Shown here piece after piece: positions 55,110-64,000 of a stretch of DNA of 64,000 nt; the first letter of the stretch is position 1; each line of letters starts with the position of its first letter. The notes beneath the pieces are model-generated. The model was not told the origin of the DNA. It worked only from the letters and a program-made list of their open reading frames with translations, and searched no databases. A program made the position numbers and the translations under genes. Source of the stretch: Eledone cirrhosa (Eukaryota); contig OZ024743.1 in NCBI GenBank assembly GCA_964016885.1, positions 145,824,001 to 145,888,000 of the forward strand, read 5' to 3'.

Positions 55110-58100
55110 CGCGCAATAATGATAACCAGATTTGTCCAACTTGCGACAACAGGTGTTCAACATAAACCTACAAGTCAGCAATGCTCAGACATGCATGCAG
55201 AATGGTTTCATCACCCTGCGTGCATCTCAGAAGGCCCAGCTGATGGCACTTCTATGCCTGTAGAGTTTATCTCAAACTGGCAAAGCTCCTCTGTAACACT
55301 GCCAGGCCAGGGATTTCTGGAAATTATCCATAGGCTCTGGATCGAAAGTCCTCCCGAAAAGAGTGGCTAGTTGATTTTCGTTGATGTTTAGAGTTTCCCC
55401 AAGAACATCAACACTTTCATCTACCACTAACCCTCTATAGAACACCAAGATGGAGTTTCCATCAATCATATTGTCCAATTGGCAGAGGGCTGTAATTGCC
55501 TGAAGACATTCCAGTTTCCAAGCACTTCCCCTTAGCCTCTGCTTGACCCAGGACTGCAGCTCCGTTAAGGATACAAGCTGGAGGAATAATTGTTCACCAT
55601 GAAGGAAAAGATGGAGATGCCGTGGCTTCAGCACATGTCTGCACATCATCAATCGCAACATTCTCAGTCCTGCACGCAGTGGGTGTTAACAGCAAATGAA
55701 CTCGCCTGACCATCAGAATGCATCCCTTCCACAAGAAGCAGAAGAGCAAACACTCCAGTGCAATCAGTCGAGGTTTGGGACAAGGCACGACAGACAGGCA
55801 GTAGTAGATGATGAACACGATGTACGCATTCACCACCTCTGTCCTACCTTTTAGGGACAGCTTTCTCTCATCACAGTTTCTGTCCATCTGGAGGTCAGGA
55901 CCGAATCGGACCTCGAGCAATTTAACTGGCCCATCCGTTCAGTATCCGACCACACAGATGGCATGAACCTGCCCCTCCATGTACCGAGTTGCAGGCACAT
56001 GGACTTTTCCTCGTTGATTTTCACTCCCGTCAGCACTTCATATTCCCTCAAAGCAGTACCAAGCACCTCAATGTGTTTGGTGTTCAACACTACAACTGTG
56101 ACATTGTTGGCATAAGCTGACACAGATCTTCCATGTCCTAGTTCATGTGGAATGCCCCTCAACATCTCTAATTTGTGTAATAGTGACTCGAAAGTCAATA
56201 CATACAACAGGGATGAGAAGAGTCAGCTTTGGCAGACTGAGTGCATGATATTGAACAGTTCCGAGAAGTGACCGTTCACTCACCTCACAGCAGATGTCAC
56301 TGTGCATAGCTACAATCCAACCTCTGAAAAAAAGGCTCAAAGCCTGCTGCTTTGAGGACCACCACCAGGTGTCAATGGTTGACACTATTGAACATTTTGG
56401 ATTGATCCAAGTTGATCTGTGCCCACCGTGCCAGGTTCTTTAGCCACCCTCTCTATGATGCATTGTCCGAGATGGAAGTTCTCATGGATGGATTTCTTGG
56501 GAATGACACGTCTGCGCCTCCCTTACCAGACCACCGACGACAAGCGCCAACCTCGTTGCTACCACCTTGGCCAAAATTTTGAACTCTGCATTTAGCAGAG
56601 GGAATTCTGTTCTGCTGCCCGTTGCAGTAGATGTCTGCCAAGAGGTCACCGAACAAGTCTGGCATATAAACGTATAGCTTGTAGGGAAAACCATCCAAAC
56701 TGGGCGATATGCATCTTGTGCAGTCGGCTAATGCCCCCTCCCCTGTCTCTCAGCAGCTCTTAATCAGATTTTCGCAACACTGCCTCCATCGCTGACAGCT
56801 TCTCCCGAATTTTCAAGCAAAGTGCTGCTGAAAAACTGCACACACCTGCTTGGAATCGAGTATCATGCAACCGTTGTGGTGCTCCAAGGATCAGATTATG
56901 CCTCGCTGGGCCTCTGCCACTTGGGCCCAATGAACAGTTTTTTTTCCCCTTGTGACTAAGAGAATGCATCTTAGCTCTAACCATGCAACCTTCATGCTTA
57001 ACATTGAAGAATTGGTCCAGGGCCAATCTTGCCACAAGAACATCAGTTGCAATGCCTTTGCTAATCGCCTCTTCTAGTTTTCTAACTAGCTCTCCCTCTA
57101 CTCTAGTTTTTTTCTATTGCTACGGCTTTGCTAAACCTTATCGATTCTACTCTAATTACTCTTTTCAGGGTGCACTACCATTTGTTGTTGACAATTGCTC
57201 CCATCAATGCTAACCGTTAATTAATTTGCTAATCGGATCTCTGGAGGCTTTGCACGTACAGAATGAAGCATTCAACTTCTAGTAACCAGGTCCTTGCCTA
57301 TGGAGCCTATCTAGATTTATTACAAACATCACAAATTTATGGTTTGTGTATTTGATTACCTTAAATTGTGGACAACCTATGCTAGGCTTGTCTACTTCCC
57401 TACAGAATACCCTTTCTAGATACAATCTGGATGACCCAATGTGGTTTGTCCATGTCCATATTGGCGCATTTAGAATATCCAGTCGGTATCTGTCACATTT
57501 TTTTTTTTGGTGTGTGTGTGTGGGGGGGGGGGGGGGGGGGGGGGGGCTGTTTTCCATTTCTCGGCCTCATCAGAATTTAAATCTGATTGTGTGACGTCAG
57601 GGTGTGGCACGTTCTCAATGGGTGTTGGTGGTGCTGGTGTTGCTGTTTTATTTGATTTTGTGACTGGTACTGGTATTGATGTTACTGTTGCTTTTCTTGG
57701 TGATGTTGACTGGGTTTTGGTGGTAGTTGTTGTTGGTGATGATTTTGGTGTTGGCAGGAGTGCAGGCTTTTTTTACCCTTCCTTTTAGTGAAGGGCACAA
57801 AGCTCTTAAGTGGTTTGTGGAAAGACATAACATCTGGCTTTCCTCCCTTCTACACAAATTGGTAAAATGATACTGCCTGGAAGATGTATTTGCATGGGGA
57901 TGGCATCTACATTCCTTTGCATTGTTTGCATAAGGATTTGGACCCCCATTCCCAACCAATTTTCATTGCTGGTCTGGTAGACCTCAAGGATTTTGGAGTT
58001 TTCCTCAATGCCTACCGCGACTGCAGCTATTAGCCAAGGAATGGCTATTTCCGGTGGTATTTGCAAAATTTTGATCATTACTAGTTTCATTCCGCAGTAG

Positions 58101-58750
58101 AGTAAGGTGATCAGGATCTAGTCACTCTGTAAGGGCTTCATGGAGTAGGATCTTGCTTCTTCCGCCACCATGCCAAAAGCCCTGCCTCTTTGGATGAAAG
58201 TTTTTTAGGTTCCATACAGAACCTAAAGCCTTTTGAATTTGAGCTAATAACAGGATATGTCACTGTGACATATCGTGTTTTGAATTGTTTCAAGGGGGTC
58301 TTGAGGCTGATAATATGACTAGTCTTTTCTACAAGGTTCTTGGTTTCTTTTATTTCATCTTCAGAAAAGTTTATTTTTCTGAAAGACGATTTGATGGCAC
58401 TAGCAAAAGAAGCTTTGGTAGTTCTATTAACTGGTTTGTGTGTTGGTTCATTTTTGTTGTTGATGCTGTAATTGTTATTTTTGCTGATCTCTTTTTTATA
58501 GTTGTGTTTGCTGTTGTTATCCTCATTCTTGTTATTTTTTCCAGTGGTCTTGTTTATTACCGTGTTGTTTCCATTGTTGTTGTTGTTGGCATTACTATTC
58601 CTGTTGGAACTGTCCATATTTTTTGTCCTTAAAACAATATCGTTCAAAATTATATTGTTTTCCACCTCCAAATTTGTTTCCATTATACAGATGCTGTCAT
58701 ATTTTTCTCCGAATCAAGTGATGACAGCGTCTCCCTCTTTCTATTACATG
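55110..58750 (-). mobile_element. Tx1/L1-clade LINE, degenerate, with ORF1-like remnant
   Basis: ORF2 fragments (GPGY, LLNAEFKILAK, YANN at the YADD position, KGR.EV.NAYI) are homologous to 59391-62977. Upstream N/K-rich ORFs 57806-58683 sit in the ORF1 position. Confidence 0.82.
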
Positions 58751-59008
58751 TTTCACTACGCTATTTCTTTTCTGCAACAACTATCATAAAAATAACAATG
58801 AAAGAGAAAAAAATAACAAAATCTTACAAAGCTGACACCCCATCAGTAGGACTGACCCATCTGTACCAAGCAAGTCAGTTTTTCTAAACTTTTGTCAAGT
58901 TTTAAACTTTAAAAAAAGGTTACATATGGCTGAAATGTAAAAAAGAATGAAAATTTTACCAGAGCTGATATAAAGCGTGGCTTCTACCTTAGGAGTAAAT
59001 AATAATAA

Positions 59009-59167
59009 TTTCTTTATTAGCCACACAGGGCAATCATTAAGGAAACATTAAAGACAGTACAGGACGATACAGTGTGTATGGGGGGGGGGGGGGTAAAATA
59101 AAATTTATAACAGAGACTAAGAAAATAAACATTAAAAAAAACATATTCCCAAAGGCGAGGAGACTTC
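59009..59167 (-). mobile_element. Tx1-like 3'UTR fragment
   Basis: Matches 63015-63175; preceded by (AAT)n. Confidence 0.75.
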
Positions 59168-59347
59168 AATAATAATAATAGTTTAAATCAACCCCACTGC
59201 ATTACTGGTACTTTATTTTATCAACCCTGTAAGGATGAAAGGCAAAGCTAACCTCAGCAGGATTTGAACTCAGTCCGTAAAGGGACGTAACTCTATGCTG
59301 GAAAGCATGGCGTCCGACCCTCTACCGATACTGCCAATCCACCGCCC
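59168..59347 (-). mobile_element. SINE family 2
   Basis: Same head and core as 18898-19090; flanked by (AAT)n. Confidence 0.85.
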
Positions 59348-59390
59348 TAATAATAATAATAAAATAATAATAACAATAAAATAATAATGC

Positions 59391-62300
59391 TTTCTTTATT
59401 AACCACAAGTGTTTACACAAAGTAAGACAATACAGGACAATACAGGACGGTACAAATGGGCATTTCTGAGTGTAAAAAACACAAAAAACAGAGGATGTAA
59501 CAAAAAAGAAACAATGAAAAATTCCCCAATAGAGAGGAGACTTCTGAGGGACATTCATGGAGAAAGCCCATTAAAAAGGCCTTCTCCCAATTTTCCACCT
59601 TTAATTTACAGGAACATACTCAGAGTAGGCCCATTCACTCGGGCCATTCTTGCCTCTCTCACCAATCTTTCAACAAAATGTTGGGAAGAGAGCACTTCCC
59701 CCTCTACCTTGATTTTCCTTTTCAAATGAAATTTGAAAAAGTTAATCAGGGCATCACCGAAGAGGAAAGTGCTCGTCTTCAGCCCTTTCAAATGCGTCCA
59801 CCATACTATCACTTTCGCCATGGCCACCAAACAGATAAAAACTACCTGCCCTTCCCGGCTAAAGGAAGAGGGCGGGGCAATCCTCATGATGGACTCAGCT
59901 GATAGCCGGATCCGTCCTACACGCGACAGCAGGTGTTCGACATAAACCCACAAATCAGCAATGCTCGGACACTGGGTGAGTGCGTACAGGACGGTTTTGT
60001 CGCCCTGCGCGCATCTCGGACATGCCCAGCTGACGGCACTTACATGCCTGTAGAGTTTATCCCGAACTGGCAAAGCTCCTCGGTAGCACTACCAGGCCAG
60101 GGATTTCTGGAAGTTGTCCATAAGCCCCGGCCCAAAAGTTCTTCTGAAGAGATTGGCTAGTTGATTTTCATCGACGCCTAGAGTTTCCCCAAGTACGTCG
60201 TCACTCTTCCCCTCCACTAATCCTCTATAGAATAACAAGGTGGAGTTTACACCGATTACATTGCCCGACTGGTCGAGGGCTGTGAGCGCCTGAAGACATT
60301 CCAGTCCCCAAGCGCTCCCTCTCGGTCTTTGCTTGACCCAGGACTGTAGCTCCGTCAAGAAGACGAGCTGGGGAAAGACACGTCTAGCAAACGGCGACGA
60401 CATCTGATCACCGTCGAGGAAGAGGTGGAGATGTCGTAGCCTGAGTGCGTGTATGCGCATCATCAGCCACAGCATGCCCAGCCCTCTACGTAGCAGGTGT
60501 TGACAGCAGATGGACCGCCTGACCATTGGAGCGCGTCCCTTGCACAAAAAGCGAAAGAGCAAACGCTCCAGTGCAGTCAGGCGAGGCTTAGGACAAGGCA
60601 TGACAGTCAGGCGGTAGTATATGACGGACGCGATGTACGCATTCGCCACCTCCACTCGACCTTTCAGGGATAGCTTCCTCTCTGCTCATTTCTGGGTGAG
60701 AGAAGCCACCCTGCTCGTCACCTCGTCCCAGTTTTTGTCTGTCTGGAGGTCCGGACCGAACCAGACCCCTAGCAATTTAACTGGTCCGTCCATTCGGACC
60801 TGCCTCTCCAGGTGCCGAGCTGCAGACCCATCAGCTTTTCCTGGTTGATTATTGCTCCTGTCAATGCTTCGTATTCTCTTAGTGTAGTGCCAATCGCCTC
60901 GATGTGTTTGGCATTCGACACCACTACGGTTACATCATCCACATATACTGACACGGATTTTCCGCATCCTAGTTCACGCGGGGGGTCCCCCCTCAACGTC
61001 TCCAGTTTGTGCAGTAATGGCTCGAGAGTCAAAACGTACAACAGGGACGAGAGGGGACATCCTTGGCGGACCGAGCGCATGATGTTGAACGGTTCCGAAA
61101 GGTGACCGTTCACTCTCACCACAGAGCAGATGTCGCTGTGCATGGCAGCGATCCAGCCTCTGAAGACGGGCCCAAAGCCAGCTGCCCTCAGGACTGCCGC
61201 CAGATAACGATGTTCGACCTGATCGAAAGCTTTCGACTGATCTAAATTGATCAAGGACCCACCCGTGCCAGGTTCCCTAGCTATTCTCTCCACGATGTAT
61301 CGCATGAGGTGGAGGTTGTCGTGGATGGATCTGTCTGGAATGGCGCATGTATGCGCCTCTCCCACCAGACCACCAACAACAAGCGCCAACCTCTTTGCTA
61401 GCACCTTGGCCAAAATCTTGAACTCTGTATTTAGCAGAGTTATAGGCCTGAAATTATCTATGTTATCCTCCTTGTTCGGATCCTTTCTCAGCAGCACCAT
61501 CGCTCCTCGGCTCATAGATCTGGGGATTCTCCCGTTCTGTTGCCAGTTGCAGAAGACGTCCGCCAAGAGGCCTCCGAACAAGTCTGGCATCTGTACGTAA
61601 AGTTCATAGGGCAGACCATCCAAACCAGGCAATTTACCCCTTGTCCAGCAAGTCATTGCCTCATGTACTTCAGCGGCTGTTATCGGCTTTTCGCAACATT
61701 CCGGACCGAACAGTGGCCGAGAGCTGCAGCAGTCCGTAGAGGTAGGCACAAAAGTCAATCCCTCGATCCGGCCCGCCGCTGTCCCCGAACAGCTGAGCAA
61801 AGTGTTGTTGAAAAGCTTCACACATTTGCCTGGGATCGAGTAGCATGCACCCGTCGTGGTCCACCAAAGACCAGATCGTGGCTTTGTTGCCACGATGCGC
61901 CTCCGCCACTCGGGCCCATTGAACAGCTTTCGTCCCCCTCGTGTCTGAGAGCACGCACCCTAGCTCTCACAATGCAGCCTTCATGCTTTGCATTGAAGAA
62001 TTGGTCAAGGGCCAATTTTGCCACAAGTACGTCGGTCACGATGCCTTTACTAAGCGCCTTGTCTAATTTTCTAACTAGTTCTCCCTCTGCTCTATTTTTC
62101 TCTATTGCTAAAGTCTTACTAAACCTAATGGACTCTATTCTAATCGCTCTTTTCAGAGTAATTAGAATAGATGGCCCCCGTCAACGCCCGCTTAACTAGT
62201 TTGCCAATCCGGTCTCTGTAGGCCTTGTGCGCTGTTAATGACGCATTTAGCTTCCAGTATCCAGGTCCCTGTCTATGAAGCCTATCTAAGTCAACCCCAA

Positions 62301-62977
62301 AGATCACAAATTTGTGGTCCGTGTAGTCGACTATTTTGAAATGTGGACAGCCTATGCTAGACCTATCTATTTCCCTACAAAATACCCTATTTAGATATGA
62401 TCTGGATGACCTGATGCGGTTTGTCCATGTCCACTTTGGCACATTCGGGAAATCCAGACGGTACCTGTCAGATAGTTGAAACCATCTGAGCAGGTTTGCG
62501 AGGCTTTTACACCCTCCTCCCCATCTGCTAATCCCACACAGTCTCAGCGTGCATCTAAGATCCCGTTCCAGTCGCCCACTAACACTAAAGAGCAGGACGT
62601 TCCAAGAAAGGTCTCCAGACGCCAGAAGAAATCAGGCCGCCCTGCTCCGCTTGCCTGTCTCCGCTGGTCACGTCCAGCACCACCAACTTACCTTCTGGGT
62701 TTAGGAAGATGGCCCATATGGCGAGATCCAAACCTCTCCGAAAAAGCACAGCAACTCCTCCCCCCGATCCAGGACGGCTGGGAGATGCGTACACATCATA
62801 GCCGCCGAAGATCGGTGCGAAGGCTCGTGCTTCAGAGATTCTGGTCTCGCTGATGGCCACCACATCTATGTTTAGTGACCTGAGGTCGTTGAGCAGGTGG
62901 CCCCAAGCCACACGCATTTATGCTGCCTATTCTGAGTGAGGTCATGTTGAAAAGGAGTGGAAAAAGATGGGAAAGAC
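59391..62977 (-). mobile_element. Tx1/L1-clade LINE, entire ORF2 (APE, RT, Cys-rich end), frameshifted, lacking ORF1
   Basis: MTSLRIGSINACGL, VAISETR, YTDHK, GPGYWKLN, PGLDGLPYE, FRPITLLN, RQGCPLS, YVDD, CPRC. AATAAA at the 3' end. Confidence 0.92.
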
Positions 62978-63014
62978 TAATAATAATAAAATAATAATGA
63001 TTATAATAAAATGA

Positions 63015-63448
63015 TTTCTTTATTAGCCACACAGGGCTCACATTAAGGAGACATTAAAGACATCACAGGACAATACAGTGTGAGAGGGGGGGTTAAATTA
63101 GATTTATAACAGATTAAGAAAATAAACATTTTAAAAAAAAAAAAAAAAAAATCCCCCAAATTGAGGAGACTCCAAGAGTTACTTGTGGAGAAACCCCACA
63201 AAAACCACAGTCACCCTCACCACTAGGGCAAGCGCCCTCTCCCAGTGGTCCTCCCTCAATACTACAGGCACATGCTCAGTGTAGGGCCATCTTGCCTCTC
63301 TCACCCACCTTTCAACAAACTGGCTGGAAAGCAGTACTTCCCTCTCCATCCTCATTTTCCTTTTCAGGTGAAACTTGAACAAGTTAATGAGAGCGTCACC
63401 AAAGCGGAAAGTGCCTGTTTTCAACCCTTTCAGCCGCGTCCACCAGGC
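63015..63448 (-). mobile_element. Tx1-like 3' fragment
   Basis: ORF 63179-63424 is homologous to the end of ORF 59606-60073. Confidence 0.85.
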
Positions 63449-63544
63449 AGATAAAAACTGTTTATCCTTATATTCAACCTTCCATCATAATTATATTTTA
63501 GAAATATATGAAAAACTTAGTTATTTTATTAAATTTCTCCAAAC

Positions 63545-64000
63545 TTTTCGTCTTCTTCTTCGCCCACATATTCCTGAGAGGGTCATGAGGGCAAAGTCTT
63601 CAAATATTCCTTCCAGCGAGTCCTGTCAGAAGCAACCATTTCCAACTGATCCAGCTGGATCCTCATGCATGACCAGCCAAGCTCATGGATGTTCTCCAAC
63701 CATCTTGCTCAGGGTCTACTCCTGGGTCTCTTGCCGGTTGGTTTTTCCCGCAAAATCTGTCCAGTGATTCTTTCCTGAGACATTCTAACCACATGCCCAT
63801 AGTATCAAAGCTGTGATCTCTCAATTTGGAGAAGTAACAACTCTACCTGGAATGACTCTGATCTCTGAGTGACGTACTTTATCGAGTAACGTTACCCACT
63901 TCGGCCGCTTGTATTTGTGATTGTATTCTTTCAGTCATTACCCAAGATTCATGACCATAGGTAGGGGTTGGCATGAAAACCGAATTGAAGATAGTGAGTT
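63545..64000 (-). mobile_element. Old RTE C-terminal fragment
   Basis: Minus strand reads 'TLLDKVRHSEIR...QIERSQL*YYGHVVRM...GKRPRSRP..RW'. Confidence 0.7.

Noticed and set aside
54876-55110. Possible Helitron-like end beside the TA array
   Set aside because: There is only a vague terminal resemblance, with no 3' hairpin/CTRR or second copy to support it.

Overview
This is AT-rich eukaryotic DNA. The repeat content (RTE LINEs with (GAT)n tails, tRNA-derived SINEs, long (TA)n arrays) suggests a coleoid cephalopod, probably an octopus; that is an inference only. The window lies inside one minus-strand host gene, a diacylglycerol lipase beta (DAGLB)-like gene. Six internal exons (37857-37719, 35649-35566, 25136-24981, 24676-24549, 18435-18294, 10583-10363) have canonical AG/GT ends and splice in frame, including the GHSLG catalytic motif. 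The first and last exons were not found and probably lie outside the window. The introns hold more than 15 RTE-clade LINE pieces from at least 4 subfamilies, two SINE families, a Tigger/pogo transposon, a maT-type mariner, two piggyBac-type MITEs, Penelope-like fragments, an R4/Dong-like element, tandem Tx1/L1-like elements and a 4.85-kb (TA)n array. The most notable observations are: a PHD-like C4HC3 finger inside the RTE reverse transcriptase; nesting and head-to-head insertion of RTEs at (TA)n; a 66-bp exact inverted copy templated across the large TA array; a minimal hammerhead ribozyme in the gene-sense strand; a twin-primed RTE; and inverted LINE pairs bracketing exons. No clearly new multi-gene system was found.
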